Positions 39,901 to 53,663 of a stretch of DNA of 64,000 nt are shown here, piece after piece (the stretch's first letter is position 1; each line of letters opens with the position of its first letter). The translations under genes and the position numbers were made by a program. The stretch lies in NCBI RefSeq assembly GCF_001194135.2, contig NC_068988.1, positions 3,557,245-3,621,244 on the forward strand. Direction: 5' to 3'. The notes under the pieces are model-generated. The model did not search any database, was not told the origin of the DNA, and saw only the letters and a list, made by a program, of their open reading frames with translations. The stretch comes from Octopus bimaculoides (lineage: Eukaryota).

Positions 39901-41769
39901 TTGATTCTGTTTATTATTAATCAAACAAGTAGATACTAATAGTTTAGCTACCACAAATATCTTATAATATGTATTATTGATAGAGTCTCATGTTAAAGTG
40001 CTTATCTAATTCCAATACAATGAGAAATCTATGCCAATGTTAAGAAATATTTATGTCTATTTTGATTTATAGCTTGCAAGACGAAGAAGTCAAAATGTCT
40101 ACTCAGTTATGAATAAATTTGAATAAATTATATCAGAAACTCACTCATCTTTGGTAAGCAACCTCATGGGACATTTACAAAATTCAGTGTTTTACAAGTT
40201 TTCAGAAAATCAAAAATACATTATATACCATTATCATAATCAAAGGTTAGAATCTAAAGCTAAGTGTCAGGAGGAAATATCTTCAATTTGATCAAAGCAA
40301 TAAACTTTTATGCTTTAGGAATTCTTGTGAAAACTATCAGTTATAAATTGGTATGAATATAAGTTAACATGTCAACTGGAACTAAGTAGACTGGATGGTA
40401 AGTGATGAGAGTTTGAGATGTGCACAGACTGCTTTGTTTTACATACTGGAGTAATTTCCCCCACCTCACCCCACCCCAGCTGCATTTTTCATTGAAGTAC
40501 AGCACAGTCGAAGCCATAGTCTTCGATGATTGCAAACAGATGAGTGTGATGCTTTGTTTAACTTCCTGAACGTCACTACCAAATGGGGCTGTAATTGGTC
40601 AGCCAGTTTTGAAATGCATAATATCACATGAACCATACTAACATTGTTAACATTCATTTTGAAAGACGTGTATAGCTCTCTTTCTCTCAAGTAAGGCAGA
40701 AAATTTATCTTTTCTTTTTTCACTTCTGTCCTGTAACCATATCATTACAGGACTGTTTTTTCACTTAGAAGAATTTCACAGGCTTTTAACAGCCAGATTC
40801 ATTATAACAGATGTTTTAAATAAATAACATCCCTCACTTGCACTGTTTTTTGTTTTATTCAACAAGGTCTTTCTTCCTTTCAAGGAATGAAGAAACGAAA
40901 GATGTATTATTAGCAGTAATGTGATAGAAATAACCTCAATGACCAAGCTTTAGGTATCATACTAGTATTTAAACACTAATGATAAACTGTAATTTATTTC
41001 TGAGGTTAATTATACATGAAAATAAGTCCCAGAATTGTTGGTGACAAGATTACACCAGACATGCTGCTTAAAAAAACTTCATATTTTAATTTACATACTG
41101 TGTTCAAGTTTTCTGAATTGTTAAAATATAAACATTAGTTATATATACTGAAGTTATTGATGTAATTGTTTATATCACCAGCAAAAAAAACACTTGTTAT
41201 AAAGAAATAAAAATTGATCAAAAGCTATGCTGTGACTCTTTGGAAAATAACTAACTTAGAAACGGCATCTGCATGAAAAAACAATAATTAACTTAGTGTT
41301 AACATATTTAATGTGCAGAGAAATGAAAAGCTAACTAGAAATAATTATGCGCCAAAGATAAAACAATATTAGTCAGTAACTAATATTACTTTAATTATTT
41401 CTGCTGGTTGGCATAGAAAAATAGAATTGTTTAGAGTATAGATAAATTGCCTCACACATTAAATATGTTAACATTAACTTAATTATTGCTTTTTCATGTG
41501 GATCGTATCTCAAACTTCTTTAGTCTGTGCTGCAAATTTATTTTCCACCCAACCAGTTTATTGTAACATAGATTTACTTAATGATTCTCTCGTCAATACT
41601 TTTGAAAAGTAGAACAGTTTGAAGCTTATACTGAAGAGATCATAATAATAATAAAACATGTCTGGAATTTTCTCCCACTTTTACAGAAATAATCAAAATA
41701 ATGTTGGTCATTGACTTATATTGTCGTTCCCTCACCAACATCATTATTTTAATTTTTACTCTTTACTGT

Positions 41770-42290
41770 CCACCACACCTCTCTTCCTCTATGACTGATG
41801 TATTGGATTCATGTATTTTACTTCCAAGTATTCCATTTGCTTTAAGGTAGAATTGAAACTCACAAGTACCATATTCCCAAGTAGGTCCAGTACCATCTTT
41901 CTTCCTTCTTAGAATAAACTCAGACTCTCCTAGCATGATCATCCAGAGCAGCAGACAGATTTCATTTTCAGTTTTATCACAGTGTCTTGTACTAGTTGGC
42001 TGATGTACATAAAATGAAGTCTTTCTCTCTCAATTATTTGTCATGAGTAGGCTTCCTTGTCAATAACCGTTGTGTGTCTTACTTCATCTTTGCTTATTCA
42101 ACACTGATCAAGAAACATCAATCTTTATTGACACAATGTTTGTTTTTCAAGTAGATTGTCATAAATTGTCCAACATTGAGCAGCTGCAATATCCTCTTCA
42201 AGCAATAACTATTGACCTTCTTTGGTTAGATCCAATAACAACTGAACATCATCAGCAAAATTTGATTTGCTGTTATGTTAGATGATGTCA
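41770..42290 (-). mobile_element. RTE LINE RT-domain relic
   Basis: Minus-strand (F)ADDVQLLLD and YLGSKI remnants. Confidence 0.55.
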
Positions 42291-42299
42291 GGTAACTCT

Positions 42300-44220
42300 T
42301 GAGCACTAATCGTAACATGTAACCCAGTACAACCTGTCACATGGTTGGGTCTTCAGCGACTAAATTGGCAACCCCATCAAGCTTGCTTGGTGAGGGGGGT
42401 GATTGTTGGACACCCTACAGAACAAAAAATAAGACCCATCAAAGGGAGGAAGAAGTAATGTGTAGTTAACAGCCAATTCAACAAGTACCTTGACGCAGTG
42501 AAGTGCCTGTGTGCTTCATTGACCCAGGGAGCTATGCTGGAGGGAAAGTAATTTTCAGGCAGGTCTTACTAGGCTAGACAGGTCAAAGGGTAGGAGACAG
42601 ACAAAAACCTTAATGACAATAAATCGAAGTGTCGACAGCAGGGCGTGGATTTAGTTATCGGCAGGATCTTAACAGATTAGATTCCTGGTTTGAACTAGCA
42701 AGATGTCATGCAGAGGATCTTGAATATAAGACAATGGATGAGACCCTAATATTCCTAGTTAGATGAAAACTGTGGGACTACATGGAGCAGCACCCTGTGA
42801 CTCCTATAGTATGCACAACTGAAACCCCTATAAGGGGTGTCCTATGGAACGACCTAGATGAGAGAGAGAGATGAGATAGATGATGTTTTATTTCTTTTGA
42901 GGAGTGAGAATCTGGTCCATAATCAAAGTATAATCTGATGCTACTACAAAAAGGTAAGGTGCTATAATGTATCTTCAAAGTTCGCCAAAAGTTTGTGACC
43001 TTTATCAGGTGAGAGTACATGGGTCATTGATGGTATTTACAGTTTTCTCTGGAACACCATGCCCTAAAGACTATCATGCTAGGTTAGCAAAATCCAGATT
43101 TATATCAGTCATCACTTGGAAGAATAGGAACTGAGTCTCCCAATGGACAACTGGGCTGGGATCAAAGAGTAATATAATCAATTGAAGTAACAAGAACCAC
43201 ATGCTTAAATGCAGACCCTCATTTCAAATATTGGTTTTGAATTTTGGCACAAGACAAGCAATTTCTGGGGAGAAGTTAGGTCAATTACATATACTTCAGT
43301 GCTCAACTGGTACTTATTTTATTGACTCTGAGAAGATGAAAGGCAAAGTTGACCCCAGTGGCATTTGAACTCAGAACAAAAAGTCAGAAGAAATTCTGCT
43401 AAGAATTTTGCCCAACACAGTAGCAATTCCGTCAGCTCACCACTTTTACAAATACTTAAGTTCAGGACTCTACCCTGAACTTGACTTCTCAAATGGGTGG
43501 AATCACAAAATCTTTTGAATGGTTTGAGCTAAGTGTCGTGTACTTACAAGAATATGCCACAATAAAACAAAAATCAATATACAACACTTATTCAATATCA
43601 AAGAATATGCAAAAATAAGGTCCATAACAACTAAATTCCAATAACAGGGTCTGCTAGAAAAAGCTAGAATAGCTCAAAAGTCAACTGGGTGAATTTAGTG
43701 CAGAGTCCAAAATCATATAAAACTTTATCAAATGTTGAAACTATTATAGTAAAAATAATGACTGCTGCTTACAATGGTAATCAATGGTTATTTTACCTAC
43801 TGCCCAAACAATATTGAGATGAGTTGAAACAACTGTAACAGAACTGAAGATATAACTTGCTGAGATATAACTTCTGAGATATAATTTGCTTATCATTAGA
43901 AGAAACATAAATAGAATTTCATTTAAGACCAGTTCTCAGAAATAACCAGAATAGATTCTAACTGAACCATTCCACAACAACACTTTATAAAGAATGTTCG
44001 CAGGTGTAAGAGATTAGAATCTGGAAGCAAAACTAACATTTGTGCATTTCAAGAAAAGCCTTCAACATGATTGATTAGGAAAAACTAATTGTAAATTTTA
44101 TAAAACAGCTGGAGCTATTTTGGGATATTTATATGCAAGAAACCAACAATAAATATTTATAAAGTTGAAAAAATTTTAATGCAGAATGATGTGAAAGAAT
44201 GTTAAAATATTTTAAGTCTT
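42300..44220 (+). mobile_element. Fragmented RTE LINE (5' UTR and APE start 42300-43150, RT 43560-44220) interrupted by a SINE
   Basis: RTE-type leader, endonuclease remnants, and an RT region with a degenerate FxDFKKAFD-like tttcaagaaaagccttcaac. Confidence 0.55.
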
Positions 44221-44263
44221 TAGGGAAGCAATAAATATAATTTAATATTAAAACAGGTATTAA

Positions 44264-44690
44264 GATGACAAGCTGGCAGAATTGTTAGCATGCTGAGCAA
44301 AATGCTTTGCGGAATTTCATTTGCATTGAGTTCCACTTCCACCAAAGTCAACTTTGCCTTTCGTCCTTTTTGGGTGAATAAAAAAAGTACCAGTGGAACA
44401 CTGGGGTCAATGTAATCAACTTAACCGCTTCCCCCAAACTTGCTGGCCTTGTCTCAAAATTTGAAATCAATATTAAGACAGGTATTTAAGGTGGTGAGCT
44501 GAGCAAAATGCTTAGCAGCAACTTGTCCATTTTCGTGTTTTTAGTTAAAATTCCACCAAGGTTAACTTTGCTTTTCATCCTTTTTGGGTTGATGAAATAA
44601 ATACCAGAGAAACACCGGGGTCAATGTAATCATCTTCTTCCATCCCTGAAATTGCTAGCCTTGTGCCAAAATTTGAAACTGATATCAAAA
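44264..44690 (+). mobile_element. Two tandem tRNA-derived SINE copies
   Basis: Two consecutive units (start about 44264 and 44487), each with head, gtcaactttgcc core, aagtaccag and ggccttgtgcc...aaatttgaaa tail. Confidence 0.85.
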
Positions 44691-44949
44691 CAAGTATTTA
44701 CCCCCCTAACCCAACCCTGCCCACAAAAAAAAAAAGCAAATAATAATAAATGAAAAATAAAACACATTAGAGTGACTAGAATTGTATAAAATAAATGCTA
44801 CAAGTTGTGGAGATAACTGCAAATAAGTCAGAGGAAAACTTAAAAGATCATTGAATTCATTAGTAATGAGAGAAAATTAAAGAGATTTTGAGGTAGGAGA
44901 GGAAAATTGACAGAAGTAATGCATTGTTTTGGAGGATGAATTCAAATCC

Positions 44950-45650
44950 TGAAAGATGCTACTTCTGTATTTGTATCTAAAGATGGTATAAACAATTGGT
45001 GTCTCACTACTGTGAAGATGCTTTGTAGATGTTACAGGATCTGATTGTGAGAGTGATGAAACTATTTGTGTCTTGTCCTTTCTAAAGATTCAAATGACAA
45101 AAGATGATTTTGATTTCAGATGTAAACTTTGTCTTCAATATTCATTTAGATTTCCTAATTAGATCAGTAGCTTGATGTAGACATCAAATATGGCTTTAAC
45201 ACAAACGTCTTCATCACTCACCTGCCCTGTTTCTTTACTAACTATAGTCACTGGTTTAGCAACAGACATAATTCACATCAACACTAGCCATGAGAATCAA
45301 GTCACTTGATTAAATTGAATCTCTTGTTATCTTTGTCAGCTGGCACTTAAGTTATAATTGACAGAACTTTAATCTAAATCTATCCTGATATTAATATTTA
45401 TCACATTCTATTACAGTTTGTGTCATGAGTGTATAAGTATCCTCTTTGCTGAAAAGCAATATAGTTCGACCATCCACAAGTTGCATTATGAGCTACATTA
45501 ATTCGAATTCAAATATTTTTCTGAGGGTTGTGTTTTCAAATACTGGGTTTTAAACAGAAGGAAACAGCACGTTGTACTAAACTACATAAACCTGTAAACT
45601 AATGCCAGTCTTTCTTTCAACTTGTAATTAATCATACATGCTCTATGACC
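44950..45650 (-). mobile_element. BEL/Pao LTR retrotransposon gag zinc-knuckle and protease relic
   Basis: Minus-strand CFL(C)LKPS and AHNATC remnants followed by ...ETGQ...VCVKAIFD (aspartic protease-like), with frameshifts. Confidence 0.45.
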
Positions 45651-46040
45651 ATTTTTCATAAGAAAAATATATATTGGTTGCAAGGAGGCAGTTTAGACAT
45701 TTTCGTTTATGAGTAATATTCCTCCACTGTTACATCCCTCGCTCAGCACAATGTGCCAATAGCTTGGGCATTCTAGAAACAGCTGTTAGAGACTATGTAT
45801 ATCTAATTATATATCTAAATTGTCTTTGTCAAATCTTGCCAAATGGTTTGCCTTTTCATTTCTGTTTTAACCCATCCCTACCCGCTGAAGAAGAGGCCAC
45901 TCCTAGCCATTTCAGAAAGGCAGTCTCAACATCACATGTTCAACTGCAGTTCAAACCGGAGTTTTAGTGGCATACCGAATTAAGCGATCAAAGTGCAAAT
46001 CTATTAGTCTGAATCATCTGACACGAAAACTCCATGTCTA

Positions 46041-46085
<45 letters not shown>

Positions 46086-48683
46086 AGCACACACACACAG
46101 CAGGCTCCTTTCAGTTTCCATTTACCAAGTCTACTTTCAAGGCTTTGATTGGCCCAGAGCTATAACAAAAGACAATATTTGAAGCTGCCACCAAGTGAAA
46201 GTGAAACCAAAATCATGAGGTTGGGAAGCAAACCTCTTACCACAAAGCCACGCTTTAATAATAATTATGAGATTGTTTTCCAACTCTAGTTGGACAGAGT
46301 TAAGTTGAGAAGTGATAAATCTTGCTGAGTTGATTGTGTATTGTTTACAAACAATCAAACCAAGAGAATGTGGAATAGAGTGTCTTGCTAGGAAGTACAA
46401 GGAAATACTTGAAGAGTGTTTGAACATTGAAACTTTGAGCAGTTCACTAAAATATCCACTTGAAAAAAAAATGTTGCTACTGAGAAATACATATTTACCG
46501 AACAAAACATCATATTTATCTCATTTTCCCATAGATATTATTCAGGTAGCTAAAACCGAAATTATCCAGACATCTTCTCAAAATCAAAGAGTTACTTCAA
46601 TAGAATTGCCTGCAGAAACATTAATGTTAAGATAAACAAATTGAAGGGAGATAGAAATAACACCCGAAATCTAGAAAAAATCTCCCACACAATCATATCC
46701 ACCTTAATCATTGAATCTTACCTCAGACAACATCACAGGAAGATATTTTTGTCATCCACATAATACATTCTGCTATAAACAACACATTCAGATGACATAG
46801 TTTCTATGTAAACTTTCTATGCATAAATAAAAACTCCCATCTAGACATAAACACATCAACTTCAACCAGTACACTGCAATATTTCACATGGTTTATGCTC
46901 AGTAAAACTAGCTGCTAAAACCATTTAAGTCTGCTTTGGTGAGCCTGTCTGGTGGAGAGGTAGGAACAAGAGCAACAACAGCAATAACAACACCATAAAT
47001 GAAATAACTCACTAACAAACATCTTTGAATCTATCTACTACACATGTATAAAGGAGATAAATACAAACAGAATCACAAAGTATGGAAACCTAATTGGGAC
47101 CAATTTTACAAAAGATAAAAAAAAGTATCTGAATTTATTTACTTCAACATGTTTCAAATGACTAAGGTAGAAAATACTTTTGATAAATTTTAGTATAAAT
47201 GTATCTAAAGATATATATTAAAAAGAAAAATTGACATAAAAACTACAGCATTCATTACATAAGTGAAATAGTTAAGCTAATGATAACCTCTGACAGCATT
47301 GATATATTTCAATATTGCAACCACAAAGAATAAAGCAGAATAGCAATAAATTATGACGGAATCAAATGAATGAACTTATTATGGGAGAAAGCAAGGCTGT
47401 GGAATTGAGAATGTTGCTTCGTAACCATGTGGTTCTGAGTTCAATATAACTGTGTGGTACTCCCCCTCTCTCACTCTTACTCTCTCACCTTTACTCTCTC
47501 ACTCTCTTCTCTCTTTCCCTCTCTCTCACTCTTACTCTCTACATTCTTACTCTCTCACCCTTACTCTCTCACTCTCTTTCCCTCTCGCTCACTCTCTTTC
47601 TCTTTCTCTCCCCCATACCCCTCTTCCCTCTCTCTCACTCTCTTTCTCCCCCCATNNNNNNNNNNNNNNNNNNNNNNNNNNNNNNNNNNNNNNNNNNNNN
47701 NNNNNNNNNNNNNNNNNNNNNNNNNNNNNNNNNNNNNNNNNNNNNNNNNNNNNNNNNNNNNNNNNNNNNNNNNNNNNNNNNNNNNNNNNNNNNNNNNNNN
47801 NNNNNNNNNNNNNNNNNNNNNNNNNNNNNNNNNNNNNNNNNNNNNNNNNNNNNNNNNNNNNNNNNNNNNNNNNNNNNNNNNNNNNNNNNNNNNNNNNNNN
47901 NNNNNNNNNNNNNNNNNNNNNNNNNNNNNNNNNNNNNNNNNNNNNNNNNNNNNNNNNNNNNNNNNNNNNNNNNNNNNNNNNNNNNNNNNNNNNNNNNNNN
48001 NNNNNNNNNNNNNNNNNNNNNNNNNNNNNNNNNNNNNNNNNNNNNNNNNNNNNNNNNNNNNNNNNNNNNNNNNNNNNNNNNNNNNNNNNNNNNNNNNNNN
48101 NNNNNNNNNNNNNNNNNNNNNNNNNNNNNNNNNNNNNNNNNNNNNNNNNNNNNNNNNNNNNNNNNNNNNNNNNNNNNNNNNNNNNNNNNNNNNNNNNNNN
48201 NNNNNNNNNNNNNNNNNNNNNNNNNNNNNNNNNNNNNNNNNNNNNNNNNNNNNNNNNNNNNNNNNNNNNNNNNNNNNNNNNNNNNNNNNNNNNNNNNNNN
48301 NNNNNNNNNNNNNNNNNNNNNNNNNNNNNNNNNNNNNNNNNNNNNNNNNNNNNNNNNNNNNNNNNNNNNNNNNNNNNNNNNNNNNNNNNNNNNNNNNNNN
48401 NNNNNNNNNNNNNNNNNNNNNNNNNNNATTTAATTTGCGTATACAAATTCAATCTGCGATCCATGGGACGAGCCGTTTTAGCGATGCGTCCTGCCCAAGC
48501 TCGTCGAAACGCCGGTGTTAAAACGTGGGTGGCTGATGAAGGAGAATGTTCTCTATGTGGCTCGTGTGTTCTCGTCTACGTTTGTTTGCAATGTCCTGTA
48601 CCCAGATATGCACCTATACATACAGGTGGATGTCGGTATGCACATACCTGTACGTATATATGCATATACTCATTTACTATTTG

Positions 48684-48719
<36 letters not shown>

Positions 48720-49105
48720 CACATTAAAAGCACCATTCGAGTGTGATTCTTGCCAATGCACCATTCGAGCATGGTCGTTGCCAGTGTAGCCTGACTGGTT
48801 CCTGTGCCGGTGGCACACAATAAGCACCATTTGAGCATGGTCAATGCCAGTACTGCCTGACTGGCCCTCATGCCAGTGACATGTAAAAAGCACCCACTAC
48901 ACTCTCAGAGTGGTTGGCATTAGGAAGAGCATCCAGCTGGAGAAACTTTGCCAAATCAGATTGGAGCCTGGTGCAGCCTTCTGGCTCGCCAGCCCTCAGT
49001 GAAACTGTCCAACCCATGCCAGCAAGGAAAGCGAACATTAAACGACGAAATATATATATATATATATATACCATAAATGTAAATGCTTCCCCATAATTTA
49101 CTTAC

Positions 49106-49136
49106 CCTTGTTCTAACGTAGTACTACAATCCACAG
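49106..49136 (-). CDS. Candidate 31-nt coding exon (AVDCSTTLEQG, phase 1 to 2)
   Basis: Strong acceptor gctaactttcag and donor AGG|gtaagt; single open frame. Confidence 0.25.
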
Positions 49137-49769
49137 CTGAAAGTTAGCATGTTCAGGAAGGTGTATGTTATCTGGAGATTAGTTGTACTGCTGAAGAGGA
49201 ATGTGAGGAAGAAGAGTACAGGAGGAAACTACTGCCAAATGCAGAGGTAGAATTTTGGTTGATGAATTAAGTACCAATAGAGTACTGGGGTCGATGTAAT
49301 TGATAAGCCCCTCCCCAAAAATTTCAGGCTTTGTGCCTATAAGAGAAAGGATTATTGTTGTTGTTTTTAGACACTTTCCTTTTTGGCCAAGCCCTTACTG
49401 ACTTTTCCAAGTCCCACTTGGAAAGGGAAGCGAAGGTAGAGAAGGAAGTGTTTTCCTCCAGTGAATTTGTCAAGTGGTGGGTGACTGGCATTAAAATGGT
49501 TACAAGGAAAGAAGCTCCTCTAAGAATGCACCCATAAATGGGTTTCCTTGATTGAGCTTGCTTGGAGGCTCTCCTGTATCAGGATGACTACATCATCCAT
49601 GATTCCACAGATTTTGAACATTGAGTATACTTTTTGTCCCATCTCTCACCTTCTCTTCTTTTCTTTTCCTTCAACTTTTATATAAATCCCTACACAAATT
49701 CTAAACTATCTTTGTAATGTCCCTTTCACTGATGTCCCAGTGGCAAGCAAAAGAAAGCATTTTTATTAT

Positions 49770-50160
49770 TGTTGCTGTTGTTGTTCCCCATAATGTTATC
49801 ACTATTGGAATGCTTTCATTACTCCACCAAGCACAGTTCTGAGAGCCTAGGGTATGGTGCAATGTTTGGTTTCCATTTATTATCCAACGCTATGTTAACA
49901 ATACTCTACATAATGCACGTATGTGTGGCTATTTTCTGTATGACATGCACATTATTATGCATCAGTCTGCAAGATTTTAATCATTCCCAAGATGGCTATT
50001 ATTATAGGAATTGTTTCTGTTTTCAGTCTCCATATTCTGATTATCTTTATATTTGGATAATTCCTCCACTTCTTGGAATGATTCATTATCATCTGTTGGG
50101 ACCAGCAGGTTGATTAGGAAGTATTTCCTCCCTTGGTGATCCTTGTCAATAACATCACTC
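49770..50160 (-). mobile_element. R4/Dong-like LINE REL and 3' end
   Basis: DVIDKDHQGRKYFLINLLVPTDDNESFQEVEELSKYKD, matching the REL region of 12965-13648. Confidence 0.8.
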
Positions 50161-50899
50161 AATTAGCTTTGATCTCCCTGTCTGCATGTGTTGTTGTTCT
50201 TGTTTTTATTATTATTTTTACCACCACCACCACCACTACTAAACGTCCACCCATGTCATCAAAAATGACAATTGCTGTGATAATTATAGAGACCAGTATA
50301 TCAAAATGATGGATGAAACATTAATGTCTCATTTGAAAATGTCACACTATCTACTTAATAGTAAAATATTACATCTTGAATTTAGTCAAGAGGCTGAGAG
50401 CAAACATCACATTAAATACAACAGTGCATGCTGCCTGCAAAAAAATGGTGAGTCATAATGGAAGTGTGAATTTTCATGACAACCAGGTAAAAAGAGTAGA
50501 AAGAGATGAGGCAACACCAACAACAACATCAACATTACATCATTTATTAGCATTGATGAAAAAAATGAAAGCTTAATAAAAAGGAAAGGAAATGAAAACG
50601 ATAGCAATTTCTCCTTCTTTGTTGAGTTTATTCAAGAAAGGACTAGAAGGTACATGGCTTTTTTCTGAAAACAGAGGAGGCTTCCATATTATATCATAAG
50701 AAGCATTGACTGATGTGGCTTCATCAACCAGAGTACAGAGTACAATAATGTGTTCCTGATTTTTAAAACTGAGGATGTGACCAAGTGATACATGGAATCA
50801 GCGTGTCATACCCCTACTCACTGGCCCCTGCCCTGCTAGATGACACTTGAAACCACCAGAAGTACAGCTGAAGATATTGGTGCAGCTTTTGATTTATCT

Positions 50900-51650
50900 T
50901 GTTGACCTATTGTGAAAGTTATAGCATGTAGGAGACATGGAAGTGACCCACAAGACTATGTGGTCAGGAGGGGGCAGTGGTCTATATGAATGTGTAACCC
51001 TGAAATCCATTTCAGAGCTGTACACTATTTAATGGGGCAGAGCAGAAGGACCAGTTTCTCTGCACGTCAGAGTAAGGTTGAGTTGAGGGGCTGTCTGTTT
51101 AGAAGAGGAAAAACAAAAGAAAGTTTGCATCACGGAGAGTAAAAATAACAACAAGCATCTGCAGAGAAGAATTTGGTTGCTGCTGTTTCCAAAGAACCAT
51201 GAGCCATCATTGCAGGAATAAGAGAAACTGCTTTTTCCTTAATGCTACCAGTAGCTTTTGAGAGTGAAGAAATTGAAAGGTCTTTTCTTCCAGGACTGGA
51301 CCAGCCAGAGACTACAACATGCAACACCACCCCATTATGCTGTGATATTGAGGCTGGAATTTCAAAGAACAGGACTGGAGAGTTGATAAACTTCAACAAC
51401 GATTTTAAAAAGTAAATAGAAGCATCTCACTTGGCTTCCTTTTGTCAGCCATGTCATACCTAATGAATGCCACAAGAGATGTTCAGAGTTTCATTGTCCT
51501 AAGTGCAGAGCTGTTAGAACAGTCGGGGCTTGAGTATGTTACCTCGATTATATTTACTTCTGTGATAGTAAATAATTTGTGCTCTCAAACACCTAAGTTT
51601 TCAAAGCCAGGTGTTGCCTGTGCATCACACAATGCACCATAAATATATAC
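50900..51650 (+). mobile_element. Decayed I-group (Ingi-like) LINE apurinic endonuclease region
   Basis: Frame-hopping motifs AIIAG, RDYN, QHHPIML and WNFKEQDW, in the order expected for GDFN...RDYNPD...HRP...RWNFKKADW. Confidence 0.55.
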
Positions 51651-53296
51651 CAGGTGCAGCTTTCTTAAGAAACTGATAAAGATATGTTGAAGATCAGTCA
51701 TCACACAAGCAATAATGTGCATTTGTCATACACAAAAGAATATTGTGACTCTGCTTTATATTGTAATAATAATGAAACGAATTTAGTGTTTATTGAAGTA
51801 GTTTTGAATTTTGTGAATATCAAAAAGACTAAAAATAACAGATTAAATTAAATTTTTTCACGGTAATGAGTTCATAAAAATAACGACGTAGCCTTAATTT
51901 TTTTTTTTTATATTTCACTGAAGTACTCAATACCCCCAAACTCCCCACATACATAATTTGTAATTAGATTTATCATGGCTATTGTTTATGTAATTTTTTT
52001 AAATTGAATTTGATTTAATTCAGACACACTGTTGGTAGTTTATAGAAAGATTTTGTTGAGAAATGATCCACGAGATCATTAGTTTCCAAGCAAGCATTAC
52101 TAATTCAATTGGAAACTGAGCGTAAATTATTCATTATTAGTTACAAAGGCTTCTGATTCAATAATATTGTATACAAGATTGATAAACAAAGTTTAGGTAT
52201 TGAGCTGGAAATACATAGCTTTAAAATCTCATAAATTCTTGCAAAGATAAGAAGCTCTACCGGTAAATCACACCTTTGTAAAAGCTATAAACTGAGCGAA
52301 AAATAAAAGGCTTCTTTATCATTAAGAGTTCTTTCTTGAAATGGATGATGTTTTTCTTTTTCCAAATACAAAAAGCATCTTGTTCTACATTTAATTTCAG
52401 CATAAAAACCAGTTAAATCATAGCAGTTAAATGTAGCTTCCACCTTAATAATGGAATACTTAAGTTCCAAAAAACAAAATTTATGTATGGAGCATGAAAA
52501 AAAAATTAGCCATAAATTTTTATAAATTCCCACAAACTTAGCAAATTACACTCTAAATGAAGCCTTCATAATAGATGCAAATTGAATAAAAATGGAACAC
52601 CCCCACCAGTCATTTGAAGTTCCTTTTAAAAACATGCACAAGATCTTTCATAATTTAATCTTTAAGTGGATTGTTGTTGTTTCTTAATGTTTTTGTACAA
52701 AAACGTATTTCAGGTCATAAATTTTAGCACAGCCCCCTCCCCGCACATCAACTCATACCTGTTGAAGTACACCAGAAATAAATAGAGAAAGTGAACCTAA
52801 ATTTTATAGCTGATTTGTATCGAAAAGCCATGTTACAAGAAAAATATGAAGCAGCAATTTTCTTGACAATCAGTGTACAGAGAAATTATTTATCTGATTC
52901 CAGTTGTATTTTTAATTCTATTGAGGTGATGTAGGAGAAGATCAGAATAGAGTTTATTCTGATATAATTGCTTTCTAATTAAGCTTAATTGTAGTAAGTG
53001 TATGTACTTATGCAATTATATGTTGAGTTTAATTATTAACTAAAAAAATAAAAACTGGCACAGGGTGACTGTTGACATAAAACGTTTATCAACAATAGTA
53101 GTCTAGTTATTGTTATTAAGCAACGTAACACTTTATGTTATGTACAATATCCAATATTTGACTCCTTCAAAAATTAATAAAACGACCTTTTATCATGTGG
53201 CAAGATGGGGTATTTACTATTTGTATTGTGGTGCTCAGGATTTTAAGCTCTAATAGCAGCAGTTGGCAAATTTGAGCACAACATAACCCATATATA

Positions 53297-53657
53297 TGTA
53301 TAGGAAAGTGGTTATACACCATTAGGTGTACACCCGCTTTCCTATATTAAATTCAAAAGAAACAACGGAACGCAGACTCTGAACTATCAACACAACAATA
53401 TTTATTTATGGAGGAAATAGGCAGCCTTAATCTTGGTTGCTGAGGCGTTGGAATGCTGGAGAGACAGCTTGACACGTCCATGCTCATGGCCGGCCGACCG
53501 AGAAAGAGGATGAAAAGAGCGGGAACGTTTTGGATGTTGAATTCCACGCATGCGCATGGGACTCTTCCTGTGTTCCTTCCGGAACTATTCCCTGCGCATG
53601 CGTGGATGAAAACGTAGTAATGACGACTGTATTTTGGCGCCAAATGACGTTACTACA
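53297..53657 (-). mobile_element. Putative 361-bp solo LTR
   Basis: TGTA...TACA termini, flanks TATA/TATG (imperfect 4-bp duplication), minus-strand AATAAA about 250 nt from the 5' end, CpG-rich relative to its surroundings. Confidence 0.55.
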
Positions 53658-53663
53658 TATGTA

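Noticed and set aside
45222-45269. Apparent first exon MSVAKPVTIVSKETGQ with a CAG|gtgagt donor
   Set aside because: The reading continues into a BEL/Pao protease-like motif; better explained as a retrotransposon relic.
51410-51640. Cys/His-rich frame (ECHKRCSEFHCPKCR) suggesting a zinc finger or Fanzor-like protein
   Set aside because: Multiple stops and no RuvC motifs; other frames carry LINE endonuclease motifs.
53633-53644. TGGCGCC as a retroviral primer-binding site
   Set aside because: It lies inside the putative LTR rather than just after a terminal CA, and no internal region follows.
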